A stretch of 38,218 nucleotides of DNA from Perkinsus chesapeaki ATCC PRA-425. Lineage: Eukaryota > Protista > Perkinsozoa. Positions 23,064 through 35,666 of the stretch are shown here, in pieces. A program made the translations under genes and the position numbers. The first letter of the stretch is position 1. Each line of letters opens with the position of its first letter. The notes beneath the pieces are model-generated. The model saw only the letters and a program-made list of their open reading frames with translations. It made no database searches and had not been told where the DNA came from. Location of the stretch: the NCBI GenBank assembly GCA_013115145.1, contig JAAPAO010000338.1, forward strand, positions 1 to 38,218. The letters run 5' to 3'.

Positions 23064-26000
23064 ATGTCTTCGAAAAGAGATGCACTTCGACAGCTACGTG
23101 AGCTGCGTGCTGGTGGGGTAAAGAGATCCGAGCAGTACGAAGTTAGGGACAGCGGTGCAATAGTTGAGGAGGTAGAGCATGCTGGGCTGTGCTCGGTAAG
23201 GGACTGGCGGCTTAGGTGGATGAGGAGGAGTATCGTAAGCTATGCAAGGCTAGAAGGAACGATAACTTTGTGGTGGATGACCAGGGCGGCGATGGGGGAG
23301 GGTATATAGATGATGGTCAGGAGCTGTGGGACGATCAGGTGGGTTGAAAGATACGCGTAGAGGTAGGATGAGGTTAGGAGGAGTATGACTCGGAGCTGGA
23401 GAAGCTGGATGACGAGGAGGAAGCCGGCGGATCTAAGAATGTGCGGATCTTCGGCTATAGATTGTGGGAGCTTTGGTGACAGGCTCGCAAGATGTTGGAG
23501 AGGGCTCGCCGACAGAGGAAGGCAGAGAGAGAGGCTGCAGCTAGGAGAATGCAAGATAGGGAAAAGGGACAAAGAGGAATTGCACAATTCTTCAAGGTGA
23601 TCTGCTTGTTATTACGTTTCACATCATCACCATAATAATTAATGATGATTGCGTCTAATAGCGTGTCACATAAGTAAGGTATTTCAGCATGCTCTGTTTG
23701 CTGGATAGGGAAAGGACCAAGCTCTCGGTCTCGTATGGGTGGCCAAACGGCTGTTTGTTGTGTAGGGTGGAACCAGAAGTAAGCCAGCAGCATCCCGAGC
23801 TAAGGAGGAAGAGTCAGCTCCTGTGGACACTGCAGCTGTAGATGACATGCTTGATGGCTTTGAGGATGAACTCATGGCGATGGACGAAGCAGGGCCTGTT
23901 GAGACTGTTCCCCGCAAAGTGATGCTTATCAAGGATTATAGGGAATTGTCGGAACCCTTTTATGAGCAGGTCACCACCAGCGTTGCTGCAAGCATAGCAA
24001 GTAGGAAGCGACCGGTGGAGGACTGTGAAGTGGCTGACACTACTGGTGTGAAGATTGAAGAGGATAAGCTTCCTGTTGGCGAGGCACAGGAGGTAGCCCG
24101 GGGTTGCTGGGAGAATCTGGTCAGATATTGCATGGTCCTCCAGGCAACTAGCACTGTTGAGTTGCAGAATGAAGCGATCAAGAGGCGTCGGACAAGCATG
24201 GATGATGACTCTGACGAGGTGGCAAAGGAAGCCAGTCATCCCGTTGAGGCCAAGCTTGAGACGAGTCCCTCTGGACATGAGGCGAAGAAAGGTGCGGCTA
24301 GTGGCATTGGGGGGAGGTAACTGTGAGCTTTAGGTTCCACTGCTGCGGCAAAGGGTGCTCCGAGTGAGCCTACGGTAAAGTTCAACGACTCTCCTCAGAA
24401 AGTTGTAGATTTTGGCGACTCGTGGCTGATCACAGACGAAGTTGAGGATGCAGCAGCTGAGGCCACCTCTAGCCCTCGAGGTGGTTCTCACATCGTTTGG
24501 CGTGTTGTAATTCCTCTCTGTCAGGAGCATCTGCGGAAGACCGAGGCCTGGACGCAGTTAAGGAGGAGGATGGCTCGCTGATGATGTGATTGGAAGCATT
24601 TTAGCGTGTCCTATAGTTCATCGATCAGGTATCTTTTGGACGTCTATGAGGGCACCCTACCGGACAAGTCTCCAGCACTGTTCCTCTTTGGTGAGACTAT
24701 TGCAGGCTTAGAAGGGTCAGGGAAATCTTAGGCAAAACGAGGCGAAAGGAGAGCAAGCCGGCGAAGCAGCAGCAACAGTTCGAGTCCTGTTGCATGGTCG
24801 TTAGCAATATCATGCGGAACTGCTTTTTCCTGCCGGTAAGGGGTGACGTTTGTGCTGGGCGTAGCGCGGGTGGACTTCAGCGACAGCAATTTGAGGACGA
24901 AGGGGAATGCAGGAAAGAATGCTTCTCCATTATGCAAGAAGTAGGCAACGAAGAGGGAGGCTGTTCACAAATGAGTTATCGTGCTGCTACTCAGTTTGAA
25001 GCATTGCGTAAGAAAAGTGGAGGAGCATTGGCTGCGGTTAACAAATATAAATGCAAAGTTGTGTGGCGAAACTATTGCTTTGATCAAGTCCATGGTATCC
25101 CACATGGCCGTCTAGGGTAAGTGGCATCTGTGGTGCTTTGACCCTGGCCATACCGTAGTGCTTTAGGTTTCTGAAACTGGTTTACTCCTCTTCATTACCT
25201 CCACTACCAGCAGGGTTAGAAGGCGAGTCCTTCTCTCACGTATTTGGTACCAATACTTCCCTCACTGAGCTCTTCCTAGTCAAGCGTCGAATCATGGGCC
25301 CATGCTGGATTCAAGTAGATGCAGGTGCTTATGAGCCCTCCACTGGTAAGCTCTTTAATGATGTTCCTGGTGAACGGTTATACTTTCTTATTTCAGCATT
25401 GGGCAAGCTGTCATGGTGCGCCCGTGAAGTTCGAGTTACCTCTGGGACAAAGCAGATATCTGTGGTGAGCATCTTGCCCTGGTTCTGCTATGATATTGGA
25501 TGTAGGTTTCTGCTGATGCGATGCCATTGCCGCCACCACTTTCTATAATGAGCTTATCGATCAAGACCAATACGGTTAAACCTACTAAGTCTTCCGCAGC
25601 CAAAGGTAAGCCTGACCTCTGGTCAGAGTCCAGCTAGGTATGTAGCGCGGTAATAGGTAAAGGGTCGGCAGCCCAGCAGCAACATGAGATAGCAGTTGCA
25701 GCCTATTACCACAACCCCAGTCTTGATATAGACGAGGCCAGTGAGGAGTGTCTCAGGAGAGGTGGGCGACGACGTTGAGTGCAGAAAAACACTCAGACGC
25801 TCACGGCCTCTTTGAAGGTATGCAGACCTTCATGGCAGTCACAAAGATAGAAGGCGTACCGTTTCCCAAGGGCCCTCTGGCTAAAGTAAGGATAGTTCTT
25901 TGGATTACTCCTAAGAAGCTACACTCAGAATGTCGTGGTGGAATCAAGCGAGCGTGCTCTACTGAATCATCTGGCAGCAATGGTCACCAGGGCCGATCCG

Positions 26001-29000
26001 GATATCATATTGGGCCATAATATGTGAACAGTTCCTCTGGCGATTCGGAGATTTCATGACATTTGTGTAGCTTCGGATTTGGCCTGGATATCTTAGCTCA
26101 GCGAATGCAGCACCACAAGCTCCCGGCGTGGCATAAATTCAGTCGGCTTAAGAGGTACACCGCGTCAGCGCCCGTTGGAAAGAAACTTGACGTTTGCTAA
26201 GGCAATCTGGCGTTCTGCCATTTGGTCAAAGTGGGAAGAAGCGTGATTGCAACAGCCATACTGGTGGCGGGAGCATGTGGCTTGGGCGCAGCCTTACAGC
26301 CGGCCGGCTGGTGTGTGACACATACTTGAGCGCTCGGGAGTATGTGAAGATGACCACATACGATCTGGGAAGCCTGTCGATGAGTCTGCTGAAGGTGAGC
26401 CATCCGCACTGGTCCAGTCCAAGCAGTGTTTGTGGAGTCACATTCTTCAGACTCCTCGGGCGCCGGTCTCGTTGGATTCGTTGGTCAAGTTCTACGAGGA
26501 TCCGAGAGCTTTGTCGGCTCTGGCCGAGCATACCCTTACCGATGCCGTGTTGCAGCTGCGTGTTGGATGGGCATTGCAGGTGGGTTGGAGAGGGAATGTC
26601 GGAGTGGTGCAGATGATGGTGTAGGTCCTATCTTTAACGCGGCAATTGACCAACTTGGCAGGGAATCTTTGGAGTCACTCGCTGCAGAATAAGCGAGCTG
26701 AGAGGAACGAGATACTTCTGGTCCATGAATTCCATAGGTAGGGTATTCCCAGCAGGTGCTTCTTAGGGATGGATTTGATAGGAAAAAGTTTATAGTGCCA
26801 GACAAGGAGAGACCTGGTGACCGACGAGGCCAAGCAAAGGGTGACGTCTTCGATGAGGACGGTGGTGATGCTCATAGCAAGCCAGCGGCTGGGCCTCGGA
26901 GGAAGAAGGCTGCGTAGCCTGACATATCTACTAAAGTGGTAACCCCTGTCTTCCAGGTATGCCGGTGGTTTGGTGTTGGAGCCCAAAGCTGGCCTTTACG
27001 ATAAATTGGTGTTACTGTTGGATTTCAACTCACTTTATCCATCAATCATACGAGAGTATAATATCTGCTTCACCACCGTTGACAGGTGAGAGGTGGGCAT
27101 TAAGATTGTTTCTATTTGGGTGTCCTTAGATTGGATGCCCATGATTCGGCCCTAGAGGGGAACGAAGGGGTTATTCCGGAGCTGCCATCCCGAGCACCGG
27201 GCGAGCGCGATGCTATCCTGCCGCAGGTCATCACACGGTTGGTGGAGAGCAGGAAGGATGTGAAGAAGTTATTGAGGACATGTAAGCCTGTCTTGGCGGA
27301 TCTGGTAGAATGAGCGAACACACAGGTAACAATTCGAAGTCGGCAAATCAGCTAGATATCCGACAGAAGGCGTTGAAGCTCACAGCCAACAGCATGTACG
27401 GGTGCCTTGGATTTTCCAATAGTCGCTTCTACGCGAAGCCGATCGCCGCTTTGATTACACGAACTGGCCGAGAGACGTTGCAGGTGGGCGACGAGCTCTG
27501 TTCATGGAGACTACCTTCTTTGCTTCCAGGCCACGGTTGACATAGTGGAAAATCATCTTCGCTTCGATGTTGTTTACGGTGATACAGATTCTATATTCGT
27601 GCACACGGGTAAGCCTGTCAAAGGAGCCTGCTCCGGTTACCACAGCTCGGTTGCCAGGTACGGAGGCGTTTGACCAGGCAATGCGAGTTGGTGGTCAAAT
27701 CATGGCGGAAGTGAATAAGCGATACAAGAAGCTTGAACTAGATATTGATGGCGTTTTCAAGAGGCTTCTGCTGTTAAAGAAAAAGAAGTATGTTCAAATT
27801 GGCCGGGAATCTCTGTTCGATCAGTCACGCTCGTTAATAGGTACGCAGGAGTGAAGGTTATCGACTGGGCGAAAGGTATTGCTGAGAAAGAGTACAAGGG
27901 TCTCGACCTCGTCCGCCGTGATTGGTGTCCGCTGTCCAAAAAGATGGGAGATGAGGTGCACCACTTCACTGCTTGCTGTTGATGGACCTTTTAGGTCCTA
28001 CGTTGCCTGCTAGGCTTAAGCGCAGAGTCGCAGGCTCCGGCTTCATCCGAAATTGGCCCTGCTGATGTCGATAGATCTGCCCAGGAAGCTGAACGAGTAG
28101 TGGAATGGCTTCACGACTACGTCAAAAGTGTGAGCCTTAAAATGGACAATGGGGAGGTGAGTCTTACCTATGCGTTTCCGTGGTGTGTTCAACACACTGT
28201 GTTGGCATGTCTACTGTTATAGATACCTCTCGAAGATTATGTTATCACCAAAGCGTTGACGAAGATGCCGGCTGATTACCCAGATGCCAAGAGCCAGGTA
28301 ACCTTTCATGCTTGTAGCTTGTCTCGTGCGCATGCGTGCAAAGTTTTTGACCGCATTTTCTATCTTATAGGCGCACGTGATGGTGGCCAAGCGGATGATG
28401 GATGAAGGACATGTTATTCGACCTGGTAACGAGATCCCTTATGTCATTACACTACCAGTGGATCCCGACGCCAAAGAAGATGATGGTGCTGACTCGAAGC
28501 CGGCAGCAGTGGTGGGGACAGGTTTGTATATGTTAGCAAGTCCGGCAGTTATCATTCTTCTCACCAGATTCTCAATCTGTAGCTGCTAGAGCTCGGAGTA
28601 TCGACGAGGTCAGGAAGATGGGCCCGTCACGTCTGCCTATTGACACGCAATGGTAAGTTCTCTCAATACTCGTTACAAGATTCGGAGGGAGTATATTTTC
28701 GGGAAAGTGGATACGATTACACTTTCCTTATTCATCATTAACATTATCGTCAACAAGTATTTTCGAAGCGGCTAAGCTAATATGCAGGAGCATCTGTATT
28801 TATCAGGTACAAGACTCACCAGATCCACCCACCACTGGTTCGTATTTGTGCTCCTGTGAGTGGGACTGATGCAGCTCATCTTGCCGAATGCTTGGGTCTA
28901 GATCCCAGCAAGTTTGCCGCTATCGGGATCAATAATAATGGTAAGCATTGACTTCACGTTTGGCCAGACTCTCTGTGGGATAGGAGCTGATGATGGCGAT

Positions 29001-29710
29001 GATATTGAAGCGGTGATGGCATCTCTATCACAAAAGATTGATATTGATACCAAGTATTCGGATGCCAGGAAGTTCTTAGCAGGATCTGATCGACAGTTCA
29101 AATGCCATAAATGCAAAACAGGTGAACCCTTACGGGCTGCTACTTGCTCCCCATCGACTCGGCTTGCTTAGCCTGCCATATAGCGGACGCAATAAAGCAG
29201 AAGGAGTGCATCAAGTGCTCGGCAGAGATATCCAGCGCTTTGCTGCGCAACCTTCTCACAATGGTGAGTGGAGAGCTGGAAGCCGCAAGGAATCGCGTGT
29301 ATCTCGCTTCAGGTTCTCCGGAAGGTAACACGAGAGGCCGGTGCAGGTTGGGTTCGCTGTGACGATGAAGGATGTGGGAGGGCTACTCGTCAATTGCCTC
29401 TTGGTAAGCTTGAAACATTCGGATATCTAGGAGCATGCGACCTCTCAGGGACTTCGCGATGCCCGTTTGGTGGTTGCCGTGGGAGACTCCAGCAGTTGCC
29501 CGGTCATACCAACAGGGCACTACATCAGGTGAGTTTTATAGCGGCTGAGTCACTTATCATTCGCCGTTTCAGATCCTGTCCTATCTTCGTGAGTTGACAG
29601 CTAAGCATCGCCCTGAATGTGAAGATATTCCGTCACAGTATTTATCTATGAATGCTTATGATGTCGTAAATAAGACAATCCTGTTCTCTATGTTCGTTAG
29701 AGGAGGCTAA
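23064..29710 (+). CDS. POLA1: DNA polymerase alpha catalytic subunit, many short exons
   Basis: N-terminal [20 protein letters not shown]|[16 protein letters not shown]-family motifs [94 protein letters not shown]-terminal Cys zinc fingers. Likely stop TAA 29708-29710. Confidence 0.95.
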
Positions 29711-30290
29711 CCCCTCTCTCATTACTAATAGAAGTCTTCATGGTTTCCTACAGTATCAATACCGTGCATGCTAAACTCCTCCCGTCTTGTGTTCATTAGC
29801 CTATGCCAGTTGCAGTGGCGTTCCGAGGGTTTCCGCTAGCACGAGAGGTCTAAAAGGGATTCGCGGTACGAGCGTATGGGTTAGTCACACCGTGGTATCA
29901 TCCACTCGCCTATTTCTGTATGTTGGACACTTCAAATTTGGTGGTCCTGCTCTTTGGCGTGTGCCCTAGCGTCGTGTTCGAATTGTTGTAGTCAGTCGAC
30001 AGTTCATAGGGAAGGTGTTGCCCATCATCCACGAATATGCTTCAACCAAAATTACTCAAAGACACTTCTCTCATGGTCGAACCTCTCATGGTCGGTTGTT
30101 CTCAATAGTAGAAACCGCCGGTAGCGAGCAGGGGCTTTCCCTAAAGAATTGCTAGCAGCGTGGCAACCCAAATTCAACTTTACTGATCTATCTACTGTAT
30201 GTCGAAGGTACCTTTTTTGTATTGTTTGTATCATCGCGGTGTATCAAGTAATTTATGATTTATTCAGTTGAACGTTCCATTTTACCTCCT

Positions 30291-33200
30291 ATGGAACTAC
30301 GCAGCTACCAGCTGGAGGTCCTCGGCAAAATCCGCGAGCACAAGTCTACCGTAGCCTTCATGCCGACAGGATCTGGCAAGACGCTCGTCGCTGTTTGGGT
30401 GCTCAGAGAGCGCCTCGCCCTGATTGAGAGGAATGTTGCCAATGGGCAGCCTAAGAGGCTCTGTGTCTTCAGCGCTCCCAACAAGGTTCTTTGTCTTCAG
30501 CAGGCTGACTACATTGCCAGTAACATTGGTGACGACCAGCGGTGTCGCATTCGTGTTTTGACGGGTGAAACCCCTGGCATAGACAACTGGCTCACGAGAG
30601 ACTGGAAAGAGGAGTTTAACAAGACAGAGGTCATCGTCTGCGTTCCTGAGATCCTTCGTCGAGCCCTTGCTTCGAATTTCGTGGCATCTGACCTCATCGA
30701 CACTTTAATTTTCGATGAGTGCCACCACTGTGTATCGAAGAAGGGCGCCAACAGCGGCCATCCCTTTTGCCAGCTCGCACAGCTGGCCAGAGGGGCCGAG
30801 AAGTTTGTAGGGCTCACCGCTAGCCCTATCAACTGCAAGAAGATTGATGTGTTGAAGAATATGCAGCAGCTGAAAAACGTGCTGTCTTTAAACGGCGAGT
30901 GTGAGATTGTTAGACCGACAGCCTCGCATGCTGAGTTAATGAATCACGTATACACACCAGAGCCCGTGCTTAAGACCCACGCCTCCGCTAGCTACCAGCC
31001 CAACTGTGACCGTTTCGATGACTGTGAGTTTCCGAACCAACGCATACACAAGCTCATGTGTGGTGCTTACAAGAGACTGTCTTGGCTGGAGGAGTACTGC
31101 GCAATACGTAAATCTATGAGGCACATAGACGCGGACTACTCTGAGATCGTGCAGCTGGTTAGCGCCAACCTAATGGATCTCCCTCACAGTGAGATGTCCT
31201 ATTACTGCGAGCTGGTTGGGCAGTTGGGAAAGGTGCTCCATGAGGTACTTTACCATCGCTTGAGAGGTTCGATTATGTGTTCCATTTAGGGTGGCAGCCG
31301 AGCTGCGTTACACGCCTTAAAGTATATCTGTCGCACTAATGATGAGATCCGAGAGGACTGTGCTATTCCTGAGTTCTACAACCAGGCGGAGGCAAAGATC
31401 GAACCCGGCCGTCTCAAGGTGAGCTTCATTGTGCTCTGCGCGGTTGCTTTGATGATTCTATCCCTTCAGTTCCGGGTCAAGCGACTTGAAGAGCACATTG
31501 CCGAGTTCCCTCTTTGGCCCGGAACGATGGCCAACGCTGTGAGACAGTCCCTGTGGGAGACTTGCGAAGCCGTGTGCCTGCATGCTGGTCTCGAGCTGGT
31601 GGAAGTCGCCGAGAACATCGACATTCCTGGAGCATCTTTAGAAGATTTGAAGCGCTATATAACCACCACTTTTGTGCCACAACTCCTCCCGCTTGCTGTT
31701 GACGCTGACAAGCTCCTCACCCTTCGTTCGGTACTCGGCTTGGATGACTTGGCGCATTCAAAGTACTCGGCTACGATAGTCTTTGTTGGTGAGCGCCTTA
31801 TGGCTCGAGCTCTTGCAGCTACCCTCAGCTTACATTACTGTGTGGGTGGTAACAGTGAGCGAGTGAGCAAGCAAACTAAAGCCTTGGAACGCTTCAAGGA
31901 CATAGCAGAGGAGGGCAGAGAGCACGCAGTCCTCATTGCCACGTCGGTGTGTGACGAGGGCGTTGATGTGCCAATATGTGATTGTGTGCTGATGTGGGAT
32001 GTCCCCCCGAATGTCCGTAGCTTCATCCAACGTCGTGGTAGAGCGAGGAAGTTCTATCCTAAAAAATCCGAGCTCCTTGTTCTTGTTGAGGCCGCTAATA
32101 AGGCGCTTGCCAAAGCAAACGATGCGCTGCGAAAATACGATTTACAAGAGAAACAGATGGCTAGCTTGGCCGATTGTTGGCAGGATGGGGCCAGCTCTGA
32201 TGATGACGACTCTGATACCGAGATCGACCCGAAAGTGGTTGTTGGCCGTGAAGGTGTTAGAATATCTTGTCGGCATGCCAAGGGCACTCTTCACGAGTTT
32301 ACATCCTCACTGAGGGCCACCGATGAGTTCTTTACTCCAGCTCCAAGGTTCTTCTGTGAAAAGCGAGATGAGCGCTTTCGGACTACTGTGATGCTTCCAT
32401 CATCCGTTCACCCACCCATAGCACGGTGGGCGATGAGCAGGTGGCATTCAACCAAGGCCCGAGCCAACCGTGAAGCCAGCGCCCGTCAGCTGCAGAAACT
32501 AACCATGCTTCCTTGGGTCACGCCTCAGTTCAAAAACAAGTATGCAGCGGGCAAGGCTGACGGTGTTAACGAGGAACTTGTTCCTCCTCCCGATCTCCTG
32601 GACTTGGCCATACAGCAACTCAACCAGCGACAGTCCAATCCCGCCCCGGCATTCGTGAAGCCAGTTGACGACGTCTCCGTTATGTATGCGTATCGTTTGG
32701 GTGCTCAATGGCATCAAACCGGAATTGATCTCCCGGAGCGGCTCGCTCGGTGGAAGGAGCTAACTCGAAAGCGTGTTGACACTTTGGGTGAACTCTGCAT
32801 TCTCACTCCTGACCGCCTGCCTCAACTGGTCATCGAAGCCGTTAAAGAGATACCGATTTCTGCCAGTGGTCTGGGCAGGACGGATGCCAGGCTTGGTACG
32901 GTGAAGATAACTCTCACACCCGAGGGATCTGCAACCGACGGCAGCGGCGCAATGGGAGTTAACAGGGACCTTATGGACAAGCTCTGGGGCTTTTACCGTC
33001 AAATTTTCTCCCACGCAGAAGGTGGTCAAGTCATAGAGGGCTGGACAGGGTGCGATGCTGCCGAGCCCTTCTATATGATAGTTCCCAGCGGCACCAGTGG
33101 TATGGTTGAAATGGCACGTATCCTTGATGCATTTTACGATGACCCGAGGCTCCTGGTTGTGTCATACGGCGTGTACTATAGTGTGCCTGCAAACGTTCCT

Positions 33201-33398
33201 TTTTTCATCATAGTGGTCCTTGAGTTTAGTTATTCCTTTGTACGACTGTGTTCATCATCGTCTCATCGTGGCGTGTCGATGTTAATCAGCCCTTAGCATG
33301 ACCAGCGTGAAGACGCGGCGTTCCGTATCCCTTGCTACCTCTGTCATCTTGTACTTCTCGAACGCAACAAACCACACTGTGAACCGGGTCTCATTTAA
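30291..33398 (+). CDS. Dicer-like protein N-terminal half: DExD/H helicase + DUF283 + platform-like segment; no PAZ or RNase III detected (3' end 33296-33405 uncertain)
   Basis: LRSYQLE, MPTGSGKT, IFDECHH, GLTASP, LIATSVCDEGVDVPICDCV, SFIQRRGRAR. DUF283-like AKGTLHEFTSSLRATDEFFTPAPRF...FRTTVMLPSS...TKARANREASARQLQKL. Platform-like LCILTPDRLP...GTVKITL...FYRQIFSH...FYMIVP. Introns 31245-31289 and 31419-31469. Confidence 0.85.
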
Positions 33399-33692
33399 GA
33401 AATGATTCGGTTTTGTCAGCGTATGATACGCTGCCTATCCAACCTGAAGGTTATTAAACTTGAGAGTCTCAAGTCGAAAAGATTAAGAAAGCCGTAAAAA
33501 AGTCATCCTTTTTGGATGGCTTAGTAGTACGAAATAACAGTAACATAGAGAGAAAAGTAAGTGCCTGGTCTGGCTCAAGAGTTACGCACACTGTGTACTG
33601 TATTATACACGGGACAAATAATGATCAGGGCCGAGCTAGGACAGCCTCGATACGGAGTGGGCTACGAAATTCGAGAAAAATTGGTGACTGAG

Positions 33693-35456
33693 TTAATCAC
33701 GTAAACACAGCCACGCTATAGTGTGCACCGTGAAACCGCTGCCGAAAGTTACTTGGACCAATGCTTGGCCAGGACGAAGGTCACCTGTCTGTTCAATGAA
33801 CCTCGTTGTTACCAAATAGAGCTGGCAATAGTATTACCATAGTGGTAAAGAGTTAGTCTAGAAGGCAACATATCACGGTCAGATAGATTGAGGTTAGACT
33901 GCACCCTGTCTAGAATCTTGCGCCCACGCGTATGGATAGCGAAATGCTGAAACAAGTTCTTCAAGTTGGGCGCATTTCCATCAATGCCGATGATCTTGTC
34001 AATGTATACAGAAGGAGTTATATATCTCACCAGGCGACGGAAATTCTGTACCATGGTCTTGGATGCGATATCTGCTAGTGTCTTATCAATTCGGACTCCG
34101 TGGCAGCCATTATCGTCCTCATCTTCGTATACACAGTCATACTCTGCATCACCAGGGTCCTGATGCCTCACCATTTCAATAAGCTTATACTTGGCGCGTT
34201 TGTCTTGCTTATTGGTCAAGAGCACAGCCGCGGCACCGCAGCGGAAAATTGCGTTGCCCACGAGGAAGGCTCGCTCATTTCCTTCATAGACACCAAGGGT
34301 CATACATTCAAGGGCGATAACGACACAATTGCTGTCTTTAGGAGTCTGCAATAGTCGAATAGCTAGATCAGTTCCAACACCGTTGGCACTGCAACCAGTA
34401 CCTACAACACAACATCCGTTCAGTCCCTCTACATCTGGCACTTAGGATTACCCGCGATATTGTAGGTAATAATGTCAGACCTCAGTTTGAACTTGTTGCA
34501 CAGCATCGCGCAAAGCGTCGGGGTCGGCGAAAAAATAGAGCAAGTAATAACGAGCATCTGACAAGAGACGACGTAACGAGGTATCCAAATGGCATCAGCC
34601 AAGCCCTACGTCAATATCATGCGGTTTCAAGCCTGTCTTATCGAGGAGTCCTTGAAAGACAGTCGTTAAGGTGACATCTGCCTCATGTCGAGCATCAGCC
34701 ATAGTGTGAGTCCACATCTTGCCAGTTTTCAGCGTTTTCACCTGGAATACCGTAATAAACATATACAAAGGGATCAGTAGAAGTTCGATTATAGGACTAC
34801 AGTGTAACCTTACCACGCAGGGAGGCCATGCCGTGCTATCGCCGATATCCGCTTTCTCCAGCAATCTTGACATGAAATCACGGCTTTCCTTTGTACAGTT
34901 TGGGTTGTTGTGCATAATCTTGATGACGTCATCCTTCGAGATACGCCAGGACTGATCATAAACAGAAGTCATAGGATCAACTTTACCTGGGGAGGTGATG
35001 TCAGTGGGGGTCTTACCTGTGGTGGCTCGAATTCGTAATGATCGATACAAAAAGCGTCACGAATCCGCTCAGAACTAAGTCTCCGACGGAGGACCACCAG
35101 AATTGCTGTACAGGAGCATAATATCGAAGCTGAGCAGCGGTTTGTTAGAGCCTTAAAGCTTACTATCCCCCGGTACCTTGGATAGCTGAAAATATCCAGC
35201 AGTAGGACAGAAATGCGATGAAGGATGCGACTATTATGTAGCTTGTCGCTCCATCAAAATTAGTAATGAGCCTAAGACAATGTCGTCGTTTGCAAGAACT
35301 CCACGTACATGGGACTCACCTATGTTTCATTAGGTTATAGAAGTTGTTGAGCTTGACCCCACGAACGACTTCATCGTACAGCTGCTGGTCCGTCGATGGC
35401 TCGGCTGATAGGGAAATGGCAATATTTTGCGGCTTGATTAGATCCTCACCGGCCAT
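33693..35456 (-). pseudogene. Plant-type FAE1/3-ketoacyl-CoA synthase (type III PKS fold) with premature stop and 1-nt frameshift near the 3' end (pseudogene or sequence error)
   Basis: ATG 35456 (MAGEDLIK...), two N-terminal hydrophobic segments, LVITCSIFSPTPTLCAMLCNKFKLRSD, YNIAG|TGCSA (catalytic Cys), NAIFRCGAAAVLLTNK, HFAIH (His), LYHYGNT (Asn). Then TAA at 33809-33811. The expected tail RFIEQTGDLRPGQALVQVTFGSGFTVHTIAW continues in a shifted frame to TAA 33693-33695. Confidence 0.75.
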
Positions 35457-35643
35457 AGGTACAGGGCTGAACAGGAAAACTTAAACTGATAACCCCAACC
35501 AACGCGCTCTGACATCAATCATAACCCAGAGGAGGAACTGAACTGACTTCGGCGTGCGTAGCCTCGGCTGTGTATATCTGGAAGCAACCTGTCACAACCT
35601 GGAAGTAGGTCACTGGTTTCGATTTTCCTTTCCTTGTGAAAAC

Positions 35644-35666
35644 TAATAGTAATAGTAATAGTAATA
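35644..35666. repeat. Short microsatellite (TAATAG) x ~3.8
   Basis: taatagtaatagtaatagtaata read directly. Confidence 0.7.

Noticed and set aside
30068-30094. 12-bp direct repeat CTCTCATGGTCG separated by 3 nt
   Set aside because: No element or terminal repeats are associated with it; most simply a local slippage duplication.
30291-32150. Calling the helicase RIG-I/DRH or FANCM/Hef
   Set aside because: The downstream DUF283-like and platform-like segments point to Dicer, and no RIG-I C-terminal Zn domain or ERCC4 nuclease is seen.
33801-33812. An 11-nt GT-AG 'intron' (gtaacaacgag) that would rescue the KCS frame
   Set aside because: It is far below the intron sizes seen here and would delete the conserved Y-E-L-x residues.
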